From contig NIVC01001195.1 of the NCBI GenBank assembly GCA_002269645.1, forward strand, positions 186,001-250,000: DNA of 64,000 bases, in the 5' to 3' direction. Shown here piece after piece: positions 38,626 through 51,900 of this stretch. Origin of the DNA: Macrostomum lignano. Lineage: Eukaryota. Numbering within the stretch: the stretch's first letter is position 1; every line of letters starts with the position of its first letter. The notes under the pieces were generated by a model. That model did not search any database. It was not told the DNA's origin and saw only the letters and a list, made by a program, of their open reading frames with translations. Position numbers and translations under genes: made by a program.

Positions 38626-39918
38626 CTTTCAATGTCGGCCCGCTCATGTGTTTGCGAGGCCCGCCTGTGTGAGGTCGGCAGTTGCCCAGCGAGCCCACAG
38701 CTGTTTTGTGTTCTCCGCAGGAACCTGGCGGCCGTGTTTGCTGCGCCAACGCTCCGCGGGCCCCACCGCACTATGCGAGGACAGCTGAGCTGTCCCGAGG
38801 TGTCGGGGCTGCACACTACGAGCTAGAACGCGAAGCTAACTCTGGCTTGAGCCAGTGAGAGCTCGGAAACTAATTAAAACGCCAAATAAAGCAATGGAAA
38901 AAAGTGCTCCAAGTAGAAAAAAGGCAATACGAAGAACAAATTGGGTCCGCATTTCCTGTCTTTATATATAATAATAACTGTTAATCTTCACTACTTCCTT
39001 CTCCTAGAAGACAAAAGAACAGTTCTACAGAAATTGGACGATTTGTGTCAGCAAGCAGGCGGACGATCGGGCGAACGGGAGTGGGCCGCACGGAGTTCTA
39101 ACAGCAATCAGGTAACAACAAATGAAAATGCATTTCGCTGCTGCCAAATCAGCGAGGGAGATGATGGGGCTCGGAGGCTGTGAATTGTAAATTCGCGAGG
39201 GTCTCTCTGAGTGCGAGCGCTACTGGGGCTGTGCGTGAGCTTCTGCGGCGAGTTCCCGCGGTCCTGCGGGGCCGCACCGTCGGTTCATCTGGTGAGGCGG
39301 GGGGCGGGTCGCGCCGCCCCGGAGGGAGGCTGTGCGGTCTTGGCAGTGACGAATTCGAGGAAGGCGACATTCGGAGCAACTGGAAGCGGCTAAAATGAAG
39401 GCGCAACAGAACGGAGCCGGTCTGTCAAAGGCAGGCTGTGGGATTCCACGCGAATGAGAAACTCCTTTGATGAGCAGCAATGAGCAGCAGCTAAGTTGAG
39501 AGGCGTTAACGAAATGCCAAAAATGAAGGCATTAAAACTGAGCTCAAATGACGCCTGTGCAACGCGAGTTTAAACAAAAAAAACTACAGCCGAGCGTAGG
39601 TAGAGTTCGAGTACAGAACAAACTAATAACATAATTCGCTATTTTGTAACCGGCATGAGAGCGATGAGAGCGGTCGATTAAAAAATAGTTCGCACAAGAA
39701 GAGGTTCAAGTACAGAATGGCAAACACGGTTTAGCAGAGGTGACTAATGGCTGATGGAGAGCAAGTTCAGTGCGCAGTGCTGCAGCTTAAGAAAAAGATG
39801 CGCAGAGCCGGCAGCAGCAGCTGGCTATCGCAACGCCAGCCTGGGAGATTTAAATGCTTTTGAGCCGCAACTCCATTGGACCTGCCGCACCGGCGCTGCC
39901 CGGCTTCGGTCACAGAGT

Positions 39919-42900
39919 TCAGTTGTCCAGGTGTCTCTGAACGCGGCGTTGGAATTCGCTGTAAGCTGCTGATGACGCTGACTCCTGGGGCTGGTGCTGG
40001 TGCTGGGGCTGAGTCTGGTACTGCCGATGCTGACGCTGAGGCTGCTCAGAGAGCTGCCTGTGCATTCGCATTCGTTGCGGCTCGAGTGTGGCTTCTGGCC
40101 AGAGCTGGTGCTGGTGCTGGTTGTGCTGCTGCTGCTGGTGCTGGAGAGGCATTGTAGCAAAGTGCTGCTCACTGTCTGGATAAAGTAGAAGAGTCTGCGG
40201 CTGCTGCTGCTGCTGCTGAGACAGGTGGTGCCTCATTAGCGAGCTGGACTCGTGAACGAACTCATCTGGCTGGTCCGGCTGCTGCTGCTGCTGGTAGTGG
40301 TGGTGGCGGCGGCGGTGGTGGGACAGATATTCGTCAGGCGGGTGACTGCCCTGGGTGACGTAGACATTCAGCTGCGGCCGCGGCTGCTGCGGCTGCTGGT
40401 GCAGCTGCGCCCTCTCGTAGGTGCCATATGGGGCTGCGGCAGCCAGCGGCGGGTGCTGCACCGTTAGATAGCCGAGATCCGCGTGCTGGAGCTGCTGCTG
40501 CGGCCGCGGCTGCTGGTTCAGCCGGTGAGCCGCCGGCCGCTGCTGCCTGGACGACTCGTTGGTTGAGTGCGACCGGCTGAGCAGCTCCCGGCGGGGCCGC
40601 GAATTGATTGGCGTCATCGCCATGGCCATCCCGGTGCCGAGGTTCAGGCTGCTGTCCGGATCCATCGGCGGCAGCAGGGGCAGCGGCGGCTGTGGGTCGA
40701 TGCCGGTCGAGCAGGTGTCCCTGGGGCCGATGCTGTAGTACCCCGGCATGTCGAGCTCGGCTCTGTGGGGCTGCTGCGGCTGCTGCTGCTGCTGCGGCCT
40801 CTGCAGAGACGTTGACGGGAGCTGCGGCGGCAGAATCTGAGCGGAGGTGGACGTCTTCAGCAGGTCCAGCTGCTTCTGCAGCTGCTTTACGGAGTCCCTG
40901 CAGGCGGCCAGGCGGCGCTTGTAGCAGCAGAAGGCAGCTGAAAATGCGATGCAGGCGGTCAGGGCGAGGGACAGAATCCAGGCGGCAGCCACCGCGCCCA
41001 CGGTCGGGTAGGCCAGGCTGAGTTCGCTGGCGTCCAGCACTGCGGCCGAGGTGGTCAACTTCTCTTTTGGCGGCTCCTCGGTTGCCGGCAGCACAGCGTC
41101 TGGGGGCTCCCCTGACTTGCTGGCTGAGGGGCTGCAGACCTCGGCCTGCTCCAGATTGCCGCGGCAGTGGGTGGTCATCAGGGAGGACACGGGCGGCAGG
41201 GTGCACTTGCGGGTTCGGAAGCGCACCTTGTTTTTGCACGGGCCCCAGGCCGACCACTCGGAGAGGTCTGCAATGGGTTGGAGGGTTCAGCGTTACAGTC
41301 AGGCGGCCCGCTGAGGATGTCTATGGCCAAAAGATGGCCGGATCCTCTTCGAACCCGGGGTTTCTGCCGCAGACAGTCTTGGGTCGGGAAAAATATTCAT
41401 TCAAATTTTGCATGTTCGCCAGTTGAAGAAGTCACCCTGGTAGGCTCACAGTCGCAGGGTTGAAGCGAGCACTCTCGCTCTTCGGCGCTCGCCTCCGCGG
41501 GCAGTGCGCGGCGCTGCCCGCCTCGGACGGTCCCACCGGAGCTCCGTTCACCTGGCAGGTGCGCAGGCGCACTTGCTTGCCGGTACCGCAGCCCGCGCCG
41601 CCGCCGGTGCCCGGGTTCTGGCAGTCGCTCCAGCAGCCCCAGGCGCCCCATTCGGCTGTATCCAGCGGAGAGAGAGAGGGGTGGGAGGGAAAGTCAGCGC
41701 GTGGGAAGTTCGCTTCCGGCATCAAAATCCCGAGTACTCATTTCCCAATATTTAATCATGCTCACTGCAACTCCAGTGAAGGCACTCCAACCAGGCACTC
41801 CGACCCGGGCACTCCGACCCGGGCACTCCGACCCGGGCACTCCGACCCGGGCACTCCGACCCGGGCACTCCGACCCGGGCACTCCGACCCGGGCACTCCG
41901 ACCCGGGCACTCCGACCCGGGCACTCCGACCCGGGCACTCCGACCCGGGCACTCCGACCCGGGCACTCCGACCCGGGCACTCCGACCCGGGCACTCCGAC
42001 CCGGGCACTCCGACCCGGGCACTCCGACCCGGGCACTCCGACCCGGGCACTCCGACCCGGGCACTCCGACCCGGGCACTCCGACCCGGGCACTCCGACCC
42101 GGGCACTCCGACCCGGGCACTCCGACCCAGGCACTCCGACCCGGGCACTCCGACCCGGCACTCCGACCCGGGCACTCCGACCCGGGCACTCCGACCCGGG
42201 CACTCCGACCCGGGCACTCCGACCCGGGCACTCCGACCCGGGCACTCCGACCCGGGCACTCCGACCCGGGCACTCCGACCCGGGCACTCCGACCCGGGCA
42301 CTCCGACCCGGGCACTCCGACCCGGGCACTCCGACCCGGGCACTCCGACCCGGGCACTCCGACCCGGGCACTCCGACCCAGGCACTCCGAAACGGGCACT
42401 CCGACTCAGGCACTCCGACCCAGGCACTCCGACCCAGGCACTCCGATCCAGGCACTCCGACCCGGGCACTCCAACCAGGCACCCAGGCACTCCGATCCAG
42501 GCACTCCGACCCAGGCACTCCGACCCAGGCACTCCGACCCAGGCACTCCGACCCAGGCACTCCGACCCAGGCACTCCGACCCAGGCACTCCGACCCAGGC
42601 ACTCCGACCCAGGCACTCCGACCCAGGCACTCCGACCCAGGCACTCCGACCCAGGCACTCCGACCCAGGCACTCCGACCCAGGCACTCCGACCCAGGCAC
42701 TCCGACCCAGGCACTCCGACCCAGGCACTCCGACCCAGGCACTCCGACCCAGGCACTCCGACCCAGGCACTCCGACCCAGGCACTCCGACCCAGGCAGAT
42801 CCGACCCAGGCACTCCCGGGCACTCACGTAGTCGACAGGGCTGTTGGGTGCAACTTTCGATCTGCTTGGCCTCGCCGCCGCTGCAGTAGCTGCCGGAGCC

Positions 42901-45900
42901 GCTGGGTGGTGGGTTGTCGCACTCTCGGTGCCGCTGCCGGAAGCCGCTCCCGCAGGAGCTGCTGCAGGCCGTCCAGCTGCTCCAGGCGCCCCAGTTCCCG
43001 TTGACGCTGACGCTGCTGGCGGCTGCAGAGGATGAGGCATCGTTTGAGTTGATGAAGAATTTTGAAATAGATTTGCGCCTACATACGAGCACTCCAGTGT
43101 CTGCGGGCTCACGTACGGTACGTTGACAGTCGACTGGGAGAAGTGGCGCCCCATTTCATTTGAGGGCGCGCCATTTCAGTTGAGGGCGCGCCATTTCATT
43201 TGAGGGTGCGCCATTTCAGTTGAGGGCTCACCATTTCATTTGAGGGTGCGCCATTTCATTTGAGGGCGCGCCATTTCATTTGAGGGCGCGCCATTTCATT
43301 TGAGGGTGCGCCATTTCATTTGAGAGGGCGCCATTTCATTTGAGGGCGCGCCATTTCATTTGAGAGGGCGCCATTTCGTTTAACAGGGCGCCATTTCATT
43401 TGACAGGGCGCCATTTTGTTTGAGGGGTGCCAGTTTTTTCAGGGGGCGCCATTGGAGCGGTTGAGACGTAAGAAGTCTAACTAACCGCAGCCAACTGCGC
43501 TTAACTTGTAGAGGGCACTGGTGGCTAGTGCAGCAATGACCGAAAGAATAAAAACCCATTGCACAAGCGTCCTGAAGCCTGAGCACCCTCATCCGGGAAG
43601 CAGTGCAGGCTGTATATTTAATGGCCAGCATGGCCAATCTCATGCAGTTCATCGCGTTCTCAATAAATGGACTCGGCGGACGCGTAGGGCCCGGGCAGTC
43701 CACAATGAAGGAGGGAAAGCTTCTTTATTTACAGGCAATGTCTGCTAGCCTAGGCTGGCGCTGGGTTGGGCAGCCATTGTGAATGAACAGCTCTCAGTCC
43801 TGCCCTCCTGTCGCTATAAACAAGTGGCTGGGGCGGCCTCAGCGAGTGCGCGGTCGCCACGGCACCGAGAGATGCAGAGGGGGGGGGGGCTGCCTGCGCA
43901 AATGCAAAATTTGAGTTTGATAAAAAATATGAAAGGCTGTTGGCTGCAGGCAGCCTCTGAGCTGACCTCTGCTTGCTCGAGAGGGGCTTGCGCTCTGCAT
44001 CTCTCTTTCTCTATGCTCGCTTTGAGCTGCTCGAATGCGTGAGCAATATTGGGAGGCAGGGAGAGCGCGCAAGTTGAAGGCTTTGACAAGAGAGCCAACG
44101 AAGGCACTTCTAAACCTTTTGTTTTTCTTCAGCCTGTCCCTGCCTGGTGCGCTGCAGCGGAGTTCTGTTTAACAGCAACAGAAAACACGTCAAGCAATTC
44201 AGCGCAAGTCATGTAACTGGGCCAGCTGGGTTGCTTTCGGGAAAAGGGGCCATTGGCGCCACAGTCACGCTTACCTTGAGAGGCGCACTGGGCTGCCGAA
44301 TCGCACACCTGTGTCCGGTTGCTAAGGCTCAGCTTCACCCGGTACTCGCCGGATTCGGCTGCGTAGGCCCTGCAGTCCGCCACCATCTGCTGCCACACCG
44401 GCTGGTCTGTGGCTGAGCTGCGGTCCGCTGTTCGAATCCAGCCCGTCTGTTGCACTTTTTGCACTGTTGGACAAAGATTTTAAATGGAGTTGCTATCATT
44501 TGCAATCGAAATGGCTTGGTACGGCTCGTAAACTCCACCTCACTCCCCGCCCATTCCTACCCCACCTCACTCCCCGCCCTTTCCTACCCCACCTCACTCC
44601 CCGCCCATTCCTACCCCCACCTCACTCCCCGCCCATTCCTACCCCACCTCACTCCCCGCCCATTCCTACCCCACCTCACTCCCTGCCCATTCCTACCCCC
44701 ACCTCACTCCCTGCCCATTCCTACCCCACCTCACTCCCTGCTCATTTCTACCCCCACCTCACTCCCTGCCCATTCCAACCCCCACCTCACTCCCCGCCCA
44801 TTCCTACCCACACGACACTCTCCGCCCATTCCTACCCACACGACACTCCGCCCATTCCTACCCACACGACACTCTCCGCCCATTCCTACCCCCAACTCCA
44901 CCCCTGCCCCAAACCATGCGTCTCTCACCAGCCAGACAGGGCGCCGTATTGCAGTCGCGCCATTCCTTGGAGTCGCCAACGCAGGGCAGGCCGCCGTTCA
45001 CCGGCTCCCGGCAGAACCGGACTCGCTTTGACTGGCCGCCGCCGCAAAGCCGACTGCAGCTGCTCCACTCGCTCCATGGGCTCCACGTGCCGTTCACTGG
45101 CAGGTGCACGTCTGGATTAATTTGTTGATGCACCATTGAAAGTTTTCGATAATTTCCTTCATTCGAAATTTAGTGGGTCATAATGGGGTGGAAGGGTCAT
45201 GATGATTAGTGGGGTCATGATGTCTTGATTTGTCGCTTATCGCCCTGATGGGTAATTAACTCTGACCCAACCAAAGATCCGTCAGGCTGTTACAATTAAA
45301 TTAAACAGGAGCTTTCAAATGATCCCAGGCTCGCAGCAGTTTGGCCCGCTCCAGATGAATAAATAAACAAACTGGGCTCCGAGAAGGCCGCGAGACGGCA
45401 GAAGCAATAAAACGACAAAAAGCAGCAGCCAGTGGACAATGGGCGCTGATCTGCCAGCCAAGCAGAAGACAATGGCGGTCCTCGCCTTCGCTTCTGCCCG
45501 CTGTCTCGATTATAATAAAAAACCAAGAACAGAACAGTAAAAACTGGCATTTGGCGAGGCGTGCGTGACATCAGCAGCTGCTCTTAAACCTGCCGAGTGA
45601 AACTCGGATGGCAGGCCTCTGAGCGCCTCTCGCCCGAGCTCAAGCTTTTTTTACAACTGCACTTGAGACAATTACTGCATCCGAAGTTTCAATCGAACTG
45701 TTGGATCTGGTGCTACAAATTATTCACAATTGTACACTTTCATCCCAGCTCATCCCAGCTCATTCCAGCTCATCCCAGCTCATCCCAGCTCATCCCAGCT
45801 CATTCCAGCTCATCCCAGCTCATTCCAGCTCATCCCAGCTCATCCCAGCTCATCCCAGCTCATCCCAGCTCATTCCAGCTCATCCCAGCTCATCCCAGCT

Positions 45901-48900
45901 CATCCCAGCTCATCCCAGCTCATCCCAGCTCATCCCAGCTCATCCCAGCTCATCCCAGCTCATCTCAGCTCATCCCAGCTCATCCCAGCTCATCCCAGCT
46001 CATCTCAGCTCATCCCAGCTCATCCCAGCTCATCCCACATTATCCCAAATTATCCTCATCTCATCGCACCTTTGCAGTCGGGCACGTCGCAAACCTCCGT
46101 CTGGCCGGGTGGCCCCTCGCACGGAGCACCGCCGTGGGCTGGCCGCGGCTGCGAGCAGGTCCGGGTTCGCTCCCGAGTGTCCGGCCGGCCCCGGGATGCT
46201 CGGCAGGTCGGGCAGGAGCTCCAAGCGTCCCAGGCGCTCCAGCCGCCATCAACCGAGCAGTTGGCTGTCTGCACCTCGCTGAGCAGATCGTGGAATTTCC
46301 CGCACTGCCTGCCGCCGTTGTTGGGCGCCGGATTGTCGCAGAGCCGCAGGCGGCACTGACAGACGCTGCCACTGCCACCGCCGCTGCCTCTTGGCGGCTG
46401 GCACCGCTGCCAGGGGCGCCAGTCGGACCAGCCGCCGTCGATGGGCACGCTGCGGTCCGGGCAGACGCGGCCGTGCTGCGGGCTGATGTCCTGCTCCCAC
46501 TGGTCAGTGTTGGCCGGCCGCACGGTGCAGGCGAAGGCGGCGCGGTTCCAGCCGCAGTGCGGGTCCCTGGCAGCCAGGCAGGAGGTCCGCAGAGCGTGGC
46601 GGCCGCAGCGGCTGGTGGGGAGTCGCAGCACGCGGCTGCTGGTGGACACGATTAGGTGCTCGCCCGTCTGCGTCAGCTGGATGTCGTTGATGCGCCCGTC
46701 CAGACTCTTGTCCAGCTGCATCTCCTCGAGGACGCAGCGGCTGCCAGCTGACAGAATGATCTTCTTTATCGAATCCGACTCGGTGACCACGAAGGCCACG
46801 GTGTGCTGGAAGTCCGGCTGGCTGCTGGGCACGCGGGTCACCAGCAGGCGGCGCCAGTTCTCCCTGCCGGCCGCCAAAGGCTCGTTGGTGTCCTGGATGA
46901 CCCGCGCGGATTTGAGGAAGTAGAACCGGTTGTTGCTGGTGTAGGTGGCGATCTCGTCTTGCCGAAGCCTCAGGTTTGAGCACTGCAAGGTTCAAAGTTC
47001 GGCAAGTTAGCGACTGGCGGCACCGCCACTTGCTCTTCCTCCCCTGTTCTACTAATTGCTCTACTCTTGTTCTACTTTTTGCTCTACCTGCAGCCGCACT
47101 CACATCCGATCTGTTGTAGCGGTCTCTGGCGTCAGTGAAATAGGCGTAAGGCACGTCGCCCTTCCGATAGTCCCAGTGCTTGATTCGGACTGTCTGGTCG
47201 CCAAACACTTTGTTGAATGTCGAAATCGGGAAGCCGCAGATTGCGCTGGCCTTGATGCCGCTTCTGAAATTTTAAAGTACATGTACGAGTGCACTTGGAG
47301 GACTCGACAGTAAATGATAAAATAATGATGATCCGCGTGTCCCAGGTCTCACTTTGCCGCGGTGAACAGCCCGTAGATGTGCGTGTCCGTCACGTAGGTG
47401 TCCTGCAGCAGGTCGTAGTAGAAGGCGGAGCTCTCCTCGTCCCCGGGACCGTCCGGCCGCACCCAATTGCCGCCCTGGGCGCAGATCAGGCGGCTCTTGG
47501 AGAAGGACAGCCAGTAGAAGCCGTAGCCGGGGTCAGACTTGCACATGCGGGCCACGCGGCTGATTATGCGCTGGGGGTGGGGCAGAAGGGGACGGAGAGG
47601 TGGTGTACATTGGAGCGGCAATGTACACGAGAGAGGCGGGCAGTATACATTCTAAGTCACGTATCACTTCTTTTAAGAGTGACCTTGGGAATCTCGCGGT
47701 GCGTTTGTCGCTACTGGCTCAGAGAAAACACGTGACCAGAATTGCCCTATTGTTATAAATAGAAAAGGTTCGACTGCTAAACTCAGAACAAGAAAACTTA
47801 CTTGCGATTTCGCGCCGCAGGTGGACATTTCTTCGAAGTTTTCTTGGAAGAAGTAATACGCGTAGTCTCCGATGATGTGGACGCTGATGAACTTTGCCGG
47901 CTCTGCGAATACACCAGGGCAATTAGGCGTGCTCGAATCTTATTTTCGAATCTTAGATTCACGGCATGACATGCAAAAGTACATTCATGCTACTCGCATA
48001 TTCAACTCACGATAGATCGGTTTCAAGGTCCGAGACTGTTGCACTTCGTTGCTTGTTCTCACCGCTGGCTCGTCAGTGCTCAGACTGGACCGATACAGGG
48101 CCGGGTCAGTGCCGCTGGTCAGGTAGGCCCCGATGTACACATTCCTGTCCTCCATGGTCATGGCCTTCGCCAGGCGGTTGTCCGTGTTGCCCAGCTGTAC
48201 ACCGAAGGAATCCAGCGAGTGGTCCGGCTGCATCACCTGGCGCAGCGAGCAGTTGAATCGGCCGTCCACGGTGCCGCAGACCAGCAGCTTCTCCTTGCTG
48301 ATGAGCAGTTCGAACACGTGATTGTTGGAGCAGTCAGTCTGCGGTTGGGTGGGGGAGACTTCTTGCGGATTCTGAGCTGATTCTGAGTTCTGGCGAACAC
48401 AGGGCCTGACAATATTATTCCATGTCAAACAAGGAGATTCTCGTGTCTAACACGGAGATTCTCGTGTCTAACACGGAGATTCTCGTGTCTAACAAGGAGA
48501 TTCTCGTGTCTAACAAGGAGATTATCAGGTCTAACAAGGAGATTATCAGGTCTAACAAGGAGATTCTCGTGTCTAACAAGGAGATTCTCGTGTCTAACAA
48601 GGAGATTCTCGTGTCTAACAAGGAGATTCTCGTGTCTAACAAGGAGATTATCAAGTCTAACAAGGAGATTATCAGGTCTAACAAGGAGATTCTCGTGTCT
48701 AACAAGGAGATTCTCGTGTCTAACAAGGAGATTCTCGTGTCTAACAAGGAGATTCTCGTGTCTAACAAGGAGATTCTCGTGTCTAACAAGGAGATTCTCG
48801 TGTCTAACACGGAGATTCTCGTGTCTAACACGGAGATTCTCGTGTCTAACAAGGAGATTATCAGGTCTAACACGGAGATTCTCGTGTCTAACAAGGAGAT

Positions 48901-51900
48901 TCTCGTGTCTAACAAGGAGATTATCAGGTCTAACAAGGAGATTATCAGGTCTAACAAGGAGATTCTCGTGTCTAACAAGGAGATTCTCGTGTCTAACAAG
49001 GAGATTCTCGTGTCTAACAAGGAGATTCTCGTGTCTAACAAGGAGATTCTCGTGTCTAACAAGGAGATTATCAAGTCTAACAAGGAGATTATCAGGTCTA
49101 ACAAGGGGATTCGCGTGAACCAATAGTGCTAAGATAGTATATTTATACTTAAAAGCTTTTGTGAGTCGCGATTCAATATACCATGATTCAATTGACCAGT
49201 CCACCTACCATTGAGATGCCCCTGATGTGGCACTGCTGCAGCAGGGTCTTATCCGTTGTGCCGGTCGACCAGGTGACTCGCTTTTCCAACTCAAACGGTT
49301 CCAGGGACAGGCGGACCACCTGATTTCTGCGAAGGTGTCAATCAACTCGATTTCATTAGATTAAATTGCTTTTCAAAATCATATAACTTGCAAAATCGAT
49401 CATCTAATCCAGCAAACAGTCAGAAATGAACTCACTGAGCGGCCACGTAGACAAACCGGACATTTTTGTTCTGCGGCACCGCGATGCGGCTGAAGTTCCG
49501 CAGGCCGTCCTGGGAAAACGCGGAGCCCAGCTTGGCCTCGACCAGGCCTGCAAGTCAAGGCAGAGCTCGCGTCTGGGTCACAAGTCTTGCGATAAGGGGG
49601 TTCGAACCCCGGACTCCGAACCCCAAGGGGCGCCAGTGTCCTGGTGAGCACCCTGTCTCTTGGTGAGCACCCCTGTCTCTTGGTGAGCACCCCTGTCTCT
49701 TGGTGAGCACCCATGTCTCTTTAGTGAGCAGCCCTGTCTCTTGGTGAGCACCCATGTCTCTTGGTGAGCACCCATGTCTCTTTGGTGAGCAGCCCTGTCT
49801 CTTGGTGAGCACCCATGTCTCTTTGGTGAGCAGCCATGTCGCTTGGTGAGCACCCCTGTCTCTTGGTGAGCAGCCCTGTCTCTTGGTGAGCAGCCCTGTC
49901 TCTTGGTGAGCAGCCCTGTCTCTTGGTGAGCACCCATGTCTCTTTGGTGAGCAGCCATGTCGCTTGGTGAGCACCCCTGTCTCTTGGTGAGCACCCCTAT
50001 CTCTTGGTGAGCACCCCTGTCTCTTGGTGAGCACCCCTGTCTCTTGGTGAGCAGCCCTGTCTCTTGGTGAGCACCCATGTCTCTTGGTGAGCACCCCTGT
50101 CTCTTGGTGAGCACCCATGTCTCTTGGTGAGCAGCCCTGTCTCTTGGTGAGCACCCATGTCTCTTGGTGAGCAGCCCTGTCTCTTGGTGAGCACCTCTGT
50201 CTCTTGGTGAGCAGCCCTGTCTCTTGGTGAGCACCTCTGTCTCTTGGTGAGCAGCCCTGTCTCTTGGTGAGCACCTCTGTCTCTTGGTGAGCACCCCTAT
50301 CTCTTGGTGAGCACCCCTGTCTCTTGGTGAGCACCCCTGTCTCTTGGTGAGCACCCCTATCTCTTGGTGAGCACCCATGTCTCTTGGTGAGCAGCCCTGT
50401 CTCTTGGTGAGCACCCATGTCTCTTGGTGAGCAGCCCTGTCTCTTGGTGAGCACCTCTGTCTCTTGGTGAGCAGCCCTGTCTCTTGGTGAGCACCTCTGT
50501 CTCTTGGTGAGCAGCCCTGTCTCTTGGTGAGCACCCCTGTCTCTTGGTGAGCACCCCTATCTCTTGGTGAGCACCCCTGTCTCTTGGTGAGCACCCCTGT
50601 CTCTTGGTGAGCAGCCCTGTCTCTTGGTGAGCACCCATGTCTCTTGGTGAGCAGCCCTGTCTCTTGGTGAGCACCCATGTCTCTTGGTGAGCAGCCCTGT
50701 CTCTTGGTGAGCACCTCTGTCTCTTGGTGAGCAGCCCTGTCTCTTGGTGAGCACCTCTGTCTCTTGGTGAGCAGCCCTGTCTCTTGGTGAGCACCTCTGT
50801 CTCTTGGTGAGCACCCCTATCTCTTGGTGAGCACCCCTGTCTCTTGGTGAGCACCCCTGTCTCTTGGTGAGCAGCCCTGTCTCTTGGTGAGCACCTCTGT
50901 CTCTTGGTGAGCAGCCCTGTCTCTTGGTGAGCACCTCTGTCTCTTGGTGAGGGCCCATGTCTCTTGGTGAGCAGCCCTGTCTCTTGGTGAGCACCTCTGT
51001 CTCTTGGTGAGCACCTCTGTATCTTGGTGAGCACCCATGTCTCTTGGTGAGCACCTCTGTCTCTTGGTGAGCACCTCTGTCTCTTGGTGAGCACCCATGT
51101 CTCTTGGTGAGCAGCCCTGTCTCTTGGTGAGCACCTCTGTCTCTTGGTGAGCACCCATGTCTCTTGGTGAGCACCTCTGTCTCTTGGTGAGGGCCCATGT
51201 CTCTTGGTGAGCACCTCTGTCTCTTGGTGAGGGCCTCTGTCTCTTGGTGAGCACCCATGTCTCTTGGTGAGCACCTCTGTCTCTTGGTGAGGGCCTCTGT
51301 CTCTTGGTGAGCACCCATGTCTCTTGGTGAGCACCTCTGTCTCTTGGTGAGGGCCCATGTCTCTTGGTGAGCACCTCTGTCTCTTGGTGAGGGCCTCTGT
51401 CTCTTGGTGAGCACCCATGTCTCTTGGTGAGCACCTCTGTCTCTTGGTGAGGGCCTCTGTCTCTTGGTGAGCACCCATGTCTCTTGGTGAGCACCTCTGT
51501 CTCTTGGTGAGGGCCCATGTCTCTTGGTGAGCACCTCTGTCTCTTGGTGAGGGCCTCTGTCTCTTGGTGAGCACCCATGTCTCTTGGTGAGCACCTCTGT
51601 CTCTTGGTGAGGGCCTCTGTCTCTTGGTGAGCACCCATGTCTCTTGGTGAGCACCTCTGTCTCTTGGTGAGGGCCCATGTCTCTTGGTGAGCACCTCTGT
51701 CTCTTGGTGAGGGCCTCTGTCTCTTGGTGAGCACCCATGTCTCTTGGTGAGCACCTCTGTCTCTTGGTGAGGGCCTCTGTCTCTTGGTGAGCACCCATGT
51801 CTCTTGGTGAGCACCTCTGTCTCTTGGTGAGGGCCCATGTCTCTTGGTGAGCACCTCTGTCTCTTGGTGAGGGCCTCTGTCTCTTGGTGAGCACCCATGT

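Noticed and set aside
38400-39500. GC-rich exon-like segments between GAD and Sema5 (acceptor ~38720, donor ~39292)
   Set aside because: No consistent reading frame or recognisable domain.
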